Source: an uncultured Actinomycetes bacterium (lineage in GTDB: Bacteria; Actinomycetota; JAICYB01). Taken from it: a stretch of DNA of 64,000 nt. A model generated the notes under the pieces. That model ran no database searches. It worked only from the letters and a program-made list of their open reading frames with translations, and was not told where the DNA came from. The stretch lies in contig CAZFOB010000001.1 of the NCBI GenBank assembly GCA_964520325.1, forward strand, positions 193,556 through 257,555, in the 5' to 3' direction. This document shows positions 18,433 through 27,930 of this stretch, in pieces. The stretch's first letter is position 1; every line of letters starts with the position of its first letter. The position numbers were made by a program, and so were the translations under genes.

Positions 18433-19727
18433 GAAAGACCTTTCTGGAACTCCCCGACGAGTTGGCCGAGCGCCACTTCCCGCTGGTCGCCGGCCCGCAG
18501 GTCGCGGATGTTCGCCATGCCGCGACCGACCTCATCGGTTCCGAGGATCACAGCGTGCGCAGCGCCCGACCTGTCGGCAGCTCTGATCTGTGCGCGCATC
18601 GATTTCGGCTCATCCGACACGATCACGGCCAGACCCGCCGCGCGAAGGTCGAACGCCGTTGCCATCGCGATCCCGGCAAGTCCCTCGAGCCAGACCACGT
18701 AGACGTCCGGCCGCACGACCTCGAGCTCACGTTGCTCGCGCAGGGCCACCATCACCGGCTCGGTCCCAACGGCGAACCCGGCGGCGGGAGTCGACGCTCC
18801 GCCGAGGAGCTCGATCAGCCCGTCGTAGCGGCCACCTCCGCAGATCGTCCCGCGCGCACCGAACCCCTCGAGTACGAACTCGAATACCGTCCGCGTGTAG
18901 TAGTCGAATCCACGCACGAGGTGCGGATCGTTCTTCCACACGATGCCGAGCGTTTCGAGGATCTCCTGCACGGAATCGAAATGCGCTCGGCACTCGTCGC
19001 ACAGGAACTCTGTGATCAGCGGGACGTCGCCACCACGGAGGATCTTCTGACAGGACGCCACCTTGCAGTCGAAGACACGCAGCGGATTCTTCACGAGGCG
19101 GACGTGGCAGTCACCGCAGAGATCGTCGATCTTGTCCTCGAGCGCCTGACGCAACACCTCGAAGTAACGCACCCGATCCTCCGGATGACCCATCGAGTTG
19201 AGGTAGAGCTGAGGCTCGAGTCCGACGGCCGCGAAGAACTGCGATGCCAATCCGATGAGCTCTGCGTCCACGATCGGGTGAGCCGAACCGATACACTCCG
19301 CATCGATCTGGTGGAACTGACGAGTGCGTCCCTTCTGTGGACGTTCGTAGCGGAACATCCACCCCATCATCGACAAGCGAACGGGCAGAGCCTGCTTCTT
19401 GCCAAGCTCGTGCTCGATGAACGCTCGCGCGATCCCCGCGGTGGCGTCCGGACGGAGCGTGAACGACCGGTCTCGGCGATCGGTGAAGGTGTACATCTGC
19501 TTGTCGAGCACGACCTCGGACGCATCGCCCGCTGCGCGCTGGAACACCTCGGTCTGCTCGAAGACCGGCGTCTCGATGCGCCGATACCCGTGGCGTTCGA
19601 AGAGCGAACGCGCCGCGTCTTCGAGCGAGGTCAGCAGCTCGGAGCTCGGTGGCAGCAGGTCGGGAACGCCACGCGGTGCCTGAGGGGTTGGCATCTGTTG
19701 GTTATACAGGGTGCGCTTACCGCCCAC
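18429..19727 (-). CDS. hisS: Histidine--tRNA ligase
   Basis: 432 aa. Class II motifs and HisRS-specific regions (GGRYDGL, C-terminal anticodon-binding domain). GTG start with GGGG SD upstream; an alternative ATG lies at 19694. Confidence 0.95.
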   Translation of the reverse strand: MGGKRTLYNQQMPTPQAPRGVPDLLPPSSELLTSLEDAARSLFERHGYRRIETPVFEQTEVFQRAAGDASEVVLDKQMYTFTDRRDRSFTLRPDATAGIARAFIEHELGKKQALPVRLSMMGWMFRYERPQKGRTRQFHQIDAECIGSAHPIVDAELIGLASQFFAAVGLEPQLYLNSMGHPEDRVRYFEVLRQALEDKIDDLCGDCHVRLVKNPLRVFDCKVASCQKILRGGDVPLITEFLCDECRAHFDSVQEILETLGIVWKNDPHLVRGFDYYTRTVFEFVLEGFGARGTICGGGRYDGLIELLGGASTPAAGFAVGTEPVMVALREQRELEVVRPDVYVVWLEGLAGIAMATAFDLRAAGLAVIVSDEPKSMRAQIRAADRSGAAHAVILGTDEVGRGMANIRDLRAGDQREVALGQLVGEFQKGLS

Positions 19728-19745
19728 GCGAGACCCCGCCCTTGT

Positions 19746-20186
19746 CTAGTTCGATTCGACGAGCACGGTCACGGGGCCGTCGTTGGTGAGCTCGACGTCC
19801 ATATGGGCGCCGAACACGCCCGTCCCCGTTTGGATACCGAGCTCGGTGAGAGCAGCCGCGACGCATGCCACCAGTGGCTCGGCCACCTCCGGCCGCGCAG
19901 CTTCGACGAAGGACGGACGCCGGCCCTTGCGGGTATCGGCATACAGCGTGAACTGACTCACGACGAGCGCCTCCCCGCCGATGTCCAGAACGGATCGGTT
20001 CATCTGCCCATCGGCATCGGCGAAGATGCGCAGGTTCGCGAGCTTGTCGGCGACGTATGCAGCGTCGGCCTCGGTGTCGGTCCGGTGAACACCGAGCAGG
20101 ACGAGCAGTCCGAACCCGATCTCCGAGACCAGATCACCGTCCACGTGCACGGCGGCACGGCAGACCCGTTGCGCCAACGCCCGCAC
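19746..20186 (-). CDS. dtd: D-aminoacyl-tRNA deacylase
   Basis: 147 aa from GTG preceded by GGAAGGAG SD: MRALAQRV...GLLVLLGV...SQFTLYAD (conserved Dtd motifs incl. SQFTL). Confidence 0.9.
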   Translation of the reverse strand: MRALAQRVCRAAVHVDGDLVSEIGFGLLVLLGVHRTDTEADAAYVADKLANLRIFADADGQMNRSVLDIGGEALVVSQFTLYADTRKGRRPSFVEAARPEVAEPLVACVAAALTELGIQTGTGVFGAHMDVELTNDGPVTVLVESN

Positions 20187-20228
20187 GACGCTATCTCCTT
20201 CCGCTGGGCATCGCACAGGCGCCCGTCG

Positions 20229-22478
20229 TCATCCCTCGCGCGCGCGAAGCGGGACGACGCGGTAGGTGTCGAAGACGCCTTCGAGACGACGGACCACGCG
20301 CTGGATGTGATCGAGGTGCGCGACGTCGGCGAGCTCGAACGCGAAGCGCAACCTGGCCGTCCCGTCGCGTTTGGCCCACGACGACGACGAGAGGATCATG
20401 ACGCCAGCGTCTGCCAGGGCGTCCGAGATATCGCGCAGCAGGCCGGAGCGATCGAGCGCGGAAACCTGAAGAACGACCGTGAATCGTCCTCCCTGCGTCG
20501 CATCCCACTCGACCTCGACGAGTCGCTCGGGCTGCGCCTGGAGGGCCGGGGCATTCGGACAATCGACGCGGTGAATGCTCGCGCCTCGTCCGCGGGTGAT
20601 GAACCCGATGATGTCGTCACCGGGCACCGGCGCACAGCAGCGCGCGAGCTTCGCATGCACATCGCGCGTGCCCTTGATGATCACCGAAGGTGCTTCTGAC
20701 GGAGGCCTCAGCTTCGGCACTACAAGCTCGGCCGGCGCCACCTCTTCGGGGCGAAGCACACGCTTGAGCGCATCGATCAGGTCGGTCGTCGGCAGTCGTC
20801 CTTCACCGAGCGCTTCGTAGAGCGTCTCTTCACCCGATTGTTTGAGCTCGGAGAAGATCTCGCGCCACACATCCTCTTTGAGCTCGGCTTGCGCGATCTT
20901 CTCCCGTCGAAGCGTCTTGTAGAAGAGGTCGCGGCCCTCTTCACGCGCTTCTTCGCGGCGGTGCGCCACCAGCCAGTGCTTGATGCGTGAGCGGGCGCGC
21001 GAGGTCTGGACGATCGCAAGCCAGTCCTCCTTGGGACGAGCGTCCTGCGCACGCGTGGTCAGCACTTCCACCACGTCGCCCGACTCGAGCTTTTTGTCGA
21101 GCGCGACGAGGCTTCCGTTCACTCGCGCGCCCATCGTCCGGTGACCGACCTCGGTGTGGATCGCGTAAGCGAAATCGATCGGACACGCACCGCGCGGGAG
21201 GTTGACGACCTGTCCCTTTGGGGTGAAGCAGAAGACCTCGTCGTGGAACAGGTCGAGGCGCAGCGACTCCATGAACTCACGCGGATCCTTGGCCTCACGA
21301 AAGGTCTCGACGACCTCGCCGAGCCACGGCACGTCCGAGTCGGGACGTTTCCCGCCCTTCCCGGGCTCCTTGTACTTCCAGTGGGCAGCGATCCCGTACT
21401 CCGCTGCTTCGTGCATCGGACGTGTCCGGATCTGGATCTCGAGCGGCTTGCCTTCGTCGCCCATGACCGTGGTGTGCAACGACTGGTACATGTTGAACTT
21501 GGGCATCGCGATGTAGTCCTTGAAACGTCCGGGGATCGGTTTCCACAGTGCGTGGATCACGCCAAGGGCCGCGTAGCAGTCGCGAAGGTCGCCGACGACG
21601 ATCCGGACGCCGACGAGGTCCATGATGTCGTCGAACTCGCGTCCGCGTTCCACCATCTTCTGGTAGATGGAGTAGTAGTTCTTCGCACGGCCCGAGACCT
21701 CGGCGCTGATCTTCGCCTGGTCGAGATGGGTTTGGATGCCTTGGAGCACGCCTTGCAGGTAGGCGTCTCGCTCGGTATGCCTCGCTTGAGTGAGCTCGAC
21801 GATCTCTTTGTACCGCTTGTCGTAGAGGTAGCTGAACGCCAGGTCTTCCAGCTCGGTACGCACTTGGAACATCCCAAGCCTGCTCGCGAGCGGAACGAAC
21901 ACCTCGAGCGTTTCGCGCGCCTTGATCTCCCTCTTCTCGGTGGGAAGCGCCTTCAGCGTCCGCATGTTGTGGAGACGATCGGCGAGCTTGATGATGATCA
22001 CGCGGACGTCGCGCGCCATCGCCACCATCATCTTCCGGTAGTTCTCGGCCTGGGCCGCCTCGATCGACTTGAAGGAGATCTTCGCGATCTTCGTCAGACC
22101 GTCGATGATGTCGGCGACCTCCTCGCCGAACCCCTCGCGCAGGTCGTCGAGCGATGCGTCGGTGTCCTCGACGACATCGTGCAGGAGCGCACCGACGATC
22201 GTGGTCGGGTCCATCCCCATGCCCGCGAGGATCTCAGCAACCTCGAGCGGGTGGCTGATGAACGGATGGCCCGAGAGTCTGAACTGGCCCTCGTGGAACT
22301 CCTGCGCCACACGATACGCGCGAACGACGTCCTCGACGTCGGCCTTCGGGTGTGCCGCCCGCAGTGCATCGACCAGGGACTGGGCCGCCTCTGGAACCGG
22401 GGACGGCTGCGAGGAACGGCGGAACCGACCGAGGATCGCTCGGAGCGGACTTCGGGACGCGGGCTTGGTCTGCGCCAT
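20229..22478 (-). CDS. relA: Bifunctional (p)ppGpp synthetase/hydrolase (RelA/SpoT homologue)
   Basis: 749 aa. HD hydrolase domain (HPLEVAEIL...HDVVEDT), synthetase domain, TGS and ACT C-terminal domains. Confidence 0.95.
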   Translation of the reverse strand: MAQTKPASRSPLRAILGRFRRSSQPSPVPEAAQSLVDALRAAHPKADVEDVVRAYRVAQEFHEGQFRLSGHPFISHPLEVAEILAGMGMDPTTIVGALLHDVVEDTDASLDDLREGFGEEVADIIDGLTKIAKISFKSIEAAQAENYRKMMVAMARDVRVIIIKLADRLHNMRTLKALPTEKREIKARETLEVFVPLASRLGMFQVRTELEDLAFSYLYDKRYKEIVELTQARHTERDAYLQGVLQGIQTHLDQAKISAEVSGRAKNYYSIYQKMVERGREFDDIMDLVGVRIVVGDLRDCYAALGVIHALWKPIPGRFKDYIAMPKFNMYQSLHTTVMGDEGKPLEIQIRTRPMHEAAEYGIAAHWKYKEPGKGGKRPDSDVPWLGEVVETFREAKDPREFMESLRLDLFHDEVFCFTPKGQVVNLPRGACPIDFAYAIHTEVGHRTMGARVNGSLVALDKKLESGDVVEVLTTRAQDARPKEDWLAIVQTSRARSRIKHWLVAHRREEAREEGRDLFYKTLRREKIAQAELKEDVWREIFSELKQSGEETLYEALGEGRLPTTDLIDALKRVLRPEEVAPAELVVPKLRPPSEAPSVIIKGTRDVHAKLARCCAPVPGDDIIGFITRGRGASIHRVDCPNAPALQAQPERLVEVEWDATQGGRFTVVLQVSALDRSGLLRDISDALADAGVMILSSSSWAKRDGTARLRFAFELADVAHLDHIQRVVRRLEGVFDTYRVVPLRAREG

Positions 22479-22527
22479 CGCTACCAGTCTGCCTCAGGTA
22501 CTCAGGAACGACTTGGTAGCGTTGGCC

Positions 22528-23403
22528 ATGGCCGAAGTGCACAACCTCGAGCTCACGCGATTCGACTCGGTCGATGCTTTCGAGGACCGCGCGCTCCCCT
22601 TCCTGCTCGAGCGTGAGGCCGAGCACAATCTCTTCATCGGTATCTGCGGCCAGATCCGCGAGGGCCGATACGCCGAGGCGTACCTCGCGACCGTCGAGCG
22701 CGACGGCCGGGTCGTCGCCGCCGCGTGGCGGACGCCGCCGCACAACGTCGGGGTCTCACACCTCGATGACCCGGACGCGCTCGAGCCGATCGTCCGCGAC
22801 GTCCACGACGCGTTCGGGACGATCCCCGGCGTGCTGGCGGCGAAGGAGGACGCCGCCCGCTTCGTCGAGCTTTGGACGTCGCTCACCGGGCGCCCCGGTC
22901 GCATCCACATTGCGCAGCGGATCTACGAAGCGACGAGCGTGACGCAGCCGAAGGACGTGGCAGGCGAGCCGCGTGCGGCCACGGCGGCAGACCGCGACCG
23001 TCTCATCGCCTGGCAGGTTGCCTTTTCGCTCGAGACGACGGAAGGTGCCGGAGGTTCGGCCGAAGACATGGTCGACCGCCGGCTGGACGAGGCGTCGTCC
23101 TCCGGGCAGCTGCTCTGGTGGGACGGCGACATCGTGTCGATGGCCGGATACGGCAGACCGACGCCGAACGGGATCGGCGTGGCCCCCGTCTATACGCCAC
23201 CGGAGCTCCGCGGACGCGGGTATGCGTCGGCGTGCACCGCTGCGCTCACTCGTCGACTGCTGGACGAGGGCCGGCGGTTCTGCGTCCTGTACACCGACCT
23301 CGCCAACCCAACGTCGAATTCGATCTACCAGAAGATCGGCTACCGTCCGGTCTGCGACGTTGATCAGTACCGGTTCGATAAAGCGTCATGCGCATCGGAG
23401 TGA
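22528..23403 (+). CDS. GNAT-family N-acetyltransferase (two-domain)
   Basis: 291 aa from internal ATG (the track ORF 22069-23403 would overlap relA). C-terminal acetyl-CoA motif RGRGYASACTAALTRRLL. Confidence 0.7.
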   Translation: MAEVHNLELTRFDSVDAFEDRALPFLLEREAEHNLFIGICGQIREGRYAEAYLATVERDGRVVAAAWRTPPHNVGVSHLDDPDALEPIVRDVHDAFGTIPGVLAAKEDAARFVELWTSLTGRPGRIHIAQRIYEATSVTQPKDVAGEPRAATAADRDRLIAWQVAFSLETTEGAGGSAEDMVDRRLDEASSSGQLLWWDGDIVSMAGYGRPTPNGIGVAPVYTPPELRGRGYASACTAALTRRLLDEGRRFCVLYTDLANPTSNSIYQKIGYRPVCDVDQYRFDKASCASE

Positions 23404-24122
23404 TCTCGGACATCCACGGCAACTGCGTCGCCCTCGACGCCGTTCTCGCCGATGTCGCGAACCATCCGGTGGACCGATGGGTCTGCCTAGGGGACGCGTT
23501 GCAAGGCGGTCCGCAACCGCGCGAAGTGCTCGATCGGCTCCTCGAGCTCGGTTGTCCGGTCGTTCTGGGAAACGCCGACGCGTTCGTCCTCGACGGGAAG
23601 AGTGGTGTGGATCCGGTCACCGACGCACTCAGCGTCGTCCGTGACTGGACCGTTGACGCACTCGGCCCCCATGGCGTCGAGGCCGTCCGGACATTCGTCA
23701 AGACGTACGAGCTCGAGCTGGACGGTGCCGGAACGTGGCTCTGCTTCCACGGATCGCCGGACTCCTACGACACTGTTCTCTTGCCCGAGACGCCGTCGGC
23801 GGAGCTGAGGGAGCACCTCGGGGGACGGGATGCGTCGGTGATGTCCGGCGGTCACACGCATCTGCAGTGGAGCGCGTCGCTTGACGGATGGATGTTCTTC
23901 AACCCTGGAAGCGTGGGTCTCGTCTACAACCGTCACCTGCCCCCAGAGCGCTTCTCCTTCTACCCCGCCGCGGAGTTCGTGATCCTGTCGACCGAGGACG
24001 AGGACGTCCGTATCGAGTTCTGCCGCGCGCCGTTCGACGTCGACGCGCTCGACGACGCGGCACGAGCCGGCGGTCACCCCGATGGCGGGAAGCTGGCGGC
24101 GCGTTACCGGCCCCCCACCTAG
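23388..24122 (+). CDS. Metallophosphoesterase (calcineurin-like, YfcE-type)
   Basis: 244 aa. MRIGVISDIHGN...VCLGDALQGGP...GGHTH metal-binding motifs. Confidence 0.8.
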   Translation: MRIGVISDIHGNCVALDAVLADVANHPVDRWVCLGDALQGGPQPREVLDRLLELGCPVVLGNADAFVLDGKSGVDPVTDALSVVRDWTVDALGPHGVEAVRTFVKTYELELDGAGTWLCFHGSPDSYDTVLLPETPSAELREHLGGRDASVMSGGHTHLQWSASLDGWMFFNPGSVGLVYNRHLPPERFSFYPAAEFVILSTEDEDVRIEFCRAPFDVDALDDAARAGGHPDGGKLAARYRPPT

Positions 24123-24127
24123 TGCCG

Positions 24128-25051
24128 ATGCAACCGTCTCGCCCCGGCCCCCTCGTGTTCATGGCGTTCGCCTTCGTGGTGATCGTCGGCGGATCGAACT
24201 TCGTCGCGGTCAGGCTGAGCAACCGAGAACTGCCGCCGTTCTACGGCGCGGGAGTGCGCTTTGCGCTGGCGTCCGTGCTGCTCCTCGCGATCGTCGCTGT
24301 CACGCGGATCCCTCTGCCGCGCGGCCGCGGGCTGGTTGGCGCGGTCATCTTCGGCCTCCTCAACTTCTTCGCCGCGTACGCCTTGTTCTACTGGGGACTC
24401 CAGCGGGTGCCGGCCGCGCTCGGCGGCGTGGTGTTCGGCACAGTGCCGCTGCTCACCTTCGCCCTCGCCGTGGTCCAGCGTCAGGAACGCTTCCGGTGGC
24501 GCGCGCTGCTCGGTGCAGCGATCGCGATCGCCGGCGTAGTGGTCATGGTCGGCGCGCCCGGGAATGCCGACGTCGGATTCGTGTACATCCTCGCCGTCGT
24601 CGCCTCTGCCGTCGGCGCAGCCGAAGCGGCGGTCGTCATCAAGCACTTCCCGGCGGTCCATCCCATCGCACTCAACACAGTCGCGATGGGCGTTGGCACC
24701 ATCTTCCTCCTCGTGCTCTCGGCGCTCGCGGGTGAGCCCTGGACCGTGCCCCGAGATCCGGCGACATGGTGGGCGCTCGCGTACCTGATCCCGGTCGGCT
24801 CGGTCGGGTTGTTCGTCGGCTACGTCTATGTCGTCCAGATGTGGACGGCGTCGGGCGCTTCGTATCAGTTCGTCTTGTTCCCGGCCGTGACTGCGTTGAC
24901 GGGCGCGCTGATCGTCGACGAGCCGCTGAGCATCTCGATCGCCATCGGCGGAGCGCTCGCTGTGATCGGAACCTACGTCGGTGCACTCGCGGGCGGCGAT
25001 TCCGAGGATCCGGAGGCTGCGGAAGCTCGAGATACGCTACTGAATCAGTAG
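24128..25051 (+). CDS. EamA/DMT-family transporter (10 TM)
   Basis: 307 aa. Two EamA repeats, hydrophobic throughout. Confidence 0.8.
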   Translation: MQPSRPGPLVFMAFAFVVIVGGSNFVAVRLSNRELPPFYGAGVRFALASVLLLAIVAVTRIPLPRGRGLVGAVIFGLLNFFAAYALFYWGLQRVPAALGGVVFGTVPLLTFALAVVQRQERFRWRALLGAAIAIAGVVVMVGAPGNADVGFVYILAVVASAVGAAEAAVVIKHFPAVHPIALNTVAMGVGTIFLLVLSALAGEPWTVPRDPATWWALAYLIPVGSVGLFVGYVYVVQMWTASGASYQFVLFPAVTALTGALIVDEPLSISIAIGGALAVIGTYVGALAGGDSEDPEAAEARDTLLNQ

Positions 25052-25064
25052 CGCGAGCGCCGGC

Positions 25065-26093
25065 ATGCGCACCTTGCCGGTTTGCGTACGCGGTATCTCC
25101 TCCACGACGAACACCTGCTTCGGCGCTGGGACCCCGGAGTGCGCGAGGTCGCTCCGGCCGAACCCGTACGCTGACCACGTGGCGCGGGCGGCCGGACGAT
25201 CCCAGACGATCACCCTGGCCGCGTTCCTCGTGCTCTGTGTCCTTGTCGGCGGCAACCTCGTCGGCGTCCGGTTCAGCAACCGGGAGCTCGCGCCCTTCTG
25301 GGGTGCAGCGCTGCGCTTCGCGCTCGCAACGCTCTTGCTCGCCGTCGCTGCCGCCGTCCTGCGTCTTCGGCTCCCGCGAGGACGTCGGTTCGGTGGAGCG
25401 TTGCTCTTCGGGATCCTCAGCTTCGCGCTCTTCTTCGCCTTCACCTACTGGGCCCTGCAGGAGCTCCCGACCGCGATCGCGGGGACGATCTTCGCATCGA
25501 TCCCACTCCTCACCTTCTTCCTCGCGGTCGCGCACCGCCAGGAGCGGTTCCGGTGGCGCAGCCTCGCGGGCGGCGTCATCGCGGTCGCCGGCATCGCGGT
25601 GATGGTGCGCGCTCCGGCGAATGCCGACGTCCCGCTCGTGAACCTCGGCGCGATGTTCCTCGCTGCGGTGTGCGCGGCCGAGGCCGGCATCGTCGGACGG
25701 CACTTCCGCGCCGTCCACCCGATCGTGATGAACGCGATCGGCATGGGCGTCGGGACGGTGTTCCTCGCCGCGCTCTCCCTCGTCGCGAGCGAATCACGGG
25801 TGTTCCCGTCGCGTGAAGCAACGATCTGGAGCTTCGTGTACCTGGTCACGCTCGGATCGTGCGGTGTTTTCCTGCTCTACCTCTTCGTGCTCCGGACGTG
25901 GACGGCGTCGGCGGCCTCCTACGAGTTCGTGATCGCTCCGCTCGTCGCGGCCGGACTCGCGGCCTGGCTGCTTGACGAGCCGCTGACGACGCAGGTGGCA
26001 GTGGGCGGTGCGATCGTCCTCGCCGGTGTCTATGTCGGCGCGTTGCGCAGCACAGGTGCCGGTGAACCCTCGGTCGTCAGCGAACCAGACTGA
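25065..26093 (+). CDS. EamA/DMT-family transporter, tandem paralogue
   Basis: 342 aa, clearly paralogous to the preceding gene (LVGVRFSNRELAPFWGAALRFALA vs FVAVRLSNRELPPFYGAGVRFALA). Confidence 0.8.
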   Translation: MRTLPVCVRGISSTTNTCFGAGTPECARSLRPNPYADHVARAAGRSQTITLAAFLVLCVLVGGNLVGVRFSNRELAPFWGAALRFALATLLLAVAAAVLRLRLPRGRRFGGALLFGILSFALFFAFTYWALQELPTAIAGTIFASIPLLTFFLAVAHRQERFRWRSLAGGVIAVAGIAVMVRAPANADVPLVNLGAMFLAAVCAAEAGIVGRHFRAVHPIVMNAIGMGVGTVFLAALSLVASESRVFPSREATIWSFVYLVTLGSCGVFLLYLFVLRTWTASAASYEFVIAPLVAAGLAAWLLDEPLTTQVAVGGAIVLAGVYVGALRSTGAGEPSVVSEPD

Positions 26094-26444
26094 CGAGTTC
26101 GGTCCGGCGTACCTTCCCGGTCTGCGTTCGCCCGGTCTGCGTTCGCGGCAACGCGTCCACAACGAACACCTGCTTCGGCGCGTGGGAGCCGGGGAGGCGC
26201 TCGTGAGCGAAAGCCTTCACCGCATCCGTGTCGGCGCCGCGCAGACGCGCTGACCCCACTCGTCGTCCGGCACACCGAAGATTGCGGCTTCGTCCACGTC
26301 CGGATGTTCAGTGAGAACGCGTTCGACCTCGGCCGGATAGACATTCACGCCTCCCGCCATGCATGGAATAGGGCGCCCCGATGTGGGATGCACTTTCCTC
26401 GGCCCTCGACCACTAGGGCTGTGCTGCTCGTCGATGCAGACCAT
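26077..26444 (-). pseudogene. Decayed 3' fragment of an acyl-CoA synthetase (AMP-binding C-terminal domain), frameshifted, paralogous to the 3' end of the gene at 27931-29277
   Basis: Two ORF pieces in different frames (26217-26444 [40 protein letters not shown]; 26077-26259 ERLPGSHAPKQVFVVDALPRTQTGRTQTGKVRR). Together they match residues about 360-448 of the downstream ligase. About 100 bp near 26146-26200 is nearly identical, the rest about 80% identical. No N-terminal part exists. Confidence 0.7.
26116..26145. repeat. 15-bp perfect tandem duplication (CCCGGTCTGCGTTCG x2) inside the ligase pseudogene (RTQTG RTQTG)
   Basis: Direct reading of 26116-26145; absent from the intact paralogue at about 27968. 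Confidence 0.9.
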
Positions 26445-26445
26445 T

Positions 26446-27891
26446 TTAGTTCGGTGCGATGTTCTGGTTGACCCTGAAGAAGTTGTCAGGGTCGTACTTC
26501 CGCTTCAATGCTTTTAGGCGGTCGTACTTCTCGGCGCCGTAGGACTGGCGGACCCGCTCGTCGCCTTCCTCCATCAGGAAGTTCACGAAGACGTTCTGGT
26601 GGTGCGGCTCGAGCGCAGACCACAGCCCGCGCGCCCACTCACGCTCGACGTCGAACCCCTCGCCCGTCCTGGTGATCCCGATGGCGTTGACCGTGTGGCC
26701 GGCGTCGCGCCCGGCGAACGCGGCTTCGTCCTCGCCCGCCCGCGCCACGGCACCCCCGAGGTGATAGATCGAGAAAACGGTAAGTGGCGACTCGATCCGT
26801 AGGCCGTGATCGGCCATCGTGTCGACAACCGCGTCGTTGAGCACCCGGACGTTGCAGGAACGGATGTAGTACCACCAGCCGTGCGGGAACGCCGCGTCGA
26901 GGCTCGCCTGGTGAGCGACGTACGGTTTCGGCTCGCACATGTCGAGCAAGGGCGAGCCGAACCGTCTGAGCGGCTTCAACACCTCCTCGCCTTCGTCGAC
27001 CGGCCCCGCGTAGCAGCAGCCGACCATGACGGCATGCTTGCCGTGGAACTCCGCGGGCACGACCGGGGACGGCATCACCCGGCGGTGGGTGACGATCGTG
27101 GTCAGCTCATCGGGCACCTGGGTGATCCAGTCGCGATAGAACCGCAGCACCTGTGGCGAGTCCTCCATCGCCCAGATGATGGGCCCGGCGAGCACCGTCG
27201 GCCCGACCGGGTTGAGACGAAACTCGAACTCGGTCACGATGCCGAAGTTCCCACCACCGCCTCGCACGCCCCAGAACAGGTCGGCGTTCTCCGTCTTCGA
27301 CGCCTTCACGAACTCTCCGTCCGCCGTGATCAGATCAACCGACAGAAGCTGGTCGATCGTCAGTCCGTACTTGCGCTCGAGCCAGCCGATCCCTCCACCG
27401 AGCGTGAGCCCGGCGAGCCCCGTATGAGTGACGATCCCTGCCGGGATCGCGAGCCCGAACGCCTGCGTTTCGCGGTCGAGCTCGCCGAGCAGGACGCCGG
27501 CCTGTACCCTCGCTGTCCGTCCCTGTGGATCAACCCGAGTCCCGCGCATCAGGCTCATGTCGATGACGATGCCGTCGTCGCAGACAGACAGGCCTGGATA
27601 GCTGTGACCCCCGCTTCGCAGCGCCACCTCGAGCGCGCTCTCACGAGCGAAGCGCACAGCGCCGATCACATCGGCGACGCCGGCGCAGCGCGCGATCAGC
27701 GCCGGCCGTCGATCGATCGAGCCGTTCCAGATCTTGCAGTGGTCCTGGAAATCTGCATCGGATCGGAGGACCAATTGCCCGCGGAATCGCTCCCCGAGCG
27801 CGTTCAACGCGACCGGATCGAACTCGGGCTCGCTGGCGATCGCAGTCACGTCCCGTGTGCCGTCATCGGGTTCTGGGTCGCAGCCTCCCAC
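26446..27891 (-). CDS. FAD-linked oxidoreductase, PCMH-type FAD-binding domain with C-terminal berberine-bridge-enzyme-like (BBE) domain
   Basis: 481 aa. FAD-binding region ([21 protein letters not shown]) and C-terminal [16 protein letters not shown] signature. Confidence 0.85.
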   Translation of the reverse strand: MGGCDPEPDDGTRDVTAIASEPEFDPVALNALGERFRGQLVLRSDADFQDHCKIWNGSIDRRPALIARCAGVADVIGAVRFARESALEVALRSGGHSYPGLSVCDDGIVIDMSLMRGTRVDPQGRTARVQAGVLLGELDRETQAFGLAIPAGIVTHTGLAGLTLGGGIGWLERKYGLTIDQLLSVDLITADGEFVKASKTENADLFWGVRGGGGNFGIVTEFEFRLNPVGPTVLAGPIIWAMEDSPQVLRFYRDWITQVPDELTTIVTHRRVMPSPVVPAEFHGKHAVMVGCCYAGPVDEGEEVLKPLRRFGSPLLDMCEPKPYVAHQASLDAAFPHGWWYYIRSCNVRVLNDAVVDTMADHGLRIESPLTVFSIYHLGGAVARAGEDEAAFAGRDAGHTVNAIGITRTGEGFDVEREWARGLWSALEPHHQNVFVNFLMEEGDERVRQSYGAEKYDRLKALKRKYDPDNFFRVNQNIAPN

Positions 27892-27930
27892 AATGGGTTG
27901 GGCCCTGTCACACCGCCCGTTCGGCCGACC

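Noticed and set aside
18462-20699. 745-aa ORF on the + strand
   Set aside because: Antisense to hisS, dtd and relA; no motifs, Arg-rich. High-GC artefact.
21141-22616. 491-aa + strand ORF, and similar long ORFs at 3780-4886(-), 5649-6503(-), 16789-18132(+), 24672-25718(-), 28860-30083(-), 31266-33011(+), 39037-40110(+), 49269-50321(-), 62580-63560(-), 10881-11552(+)
   Set aside because: All lie antisense to genes with clear family signatures and have the Arg/Gly/Asp-rich composition of non-coding frames in GC-rich sequence.
22069-23403. 444-aa ORF as called by the track
   Set aside because: Its first 150 codons overlap relA on the opposite strand and look non-protein-like. The GNAT gene more plausibly starts at the internal ATG 22528.
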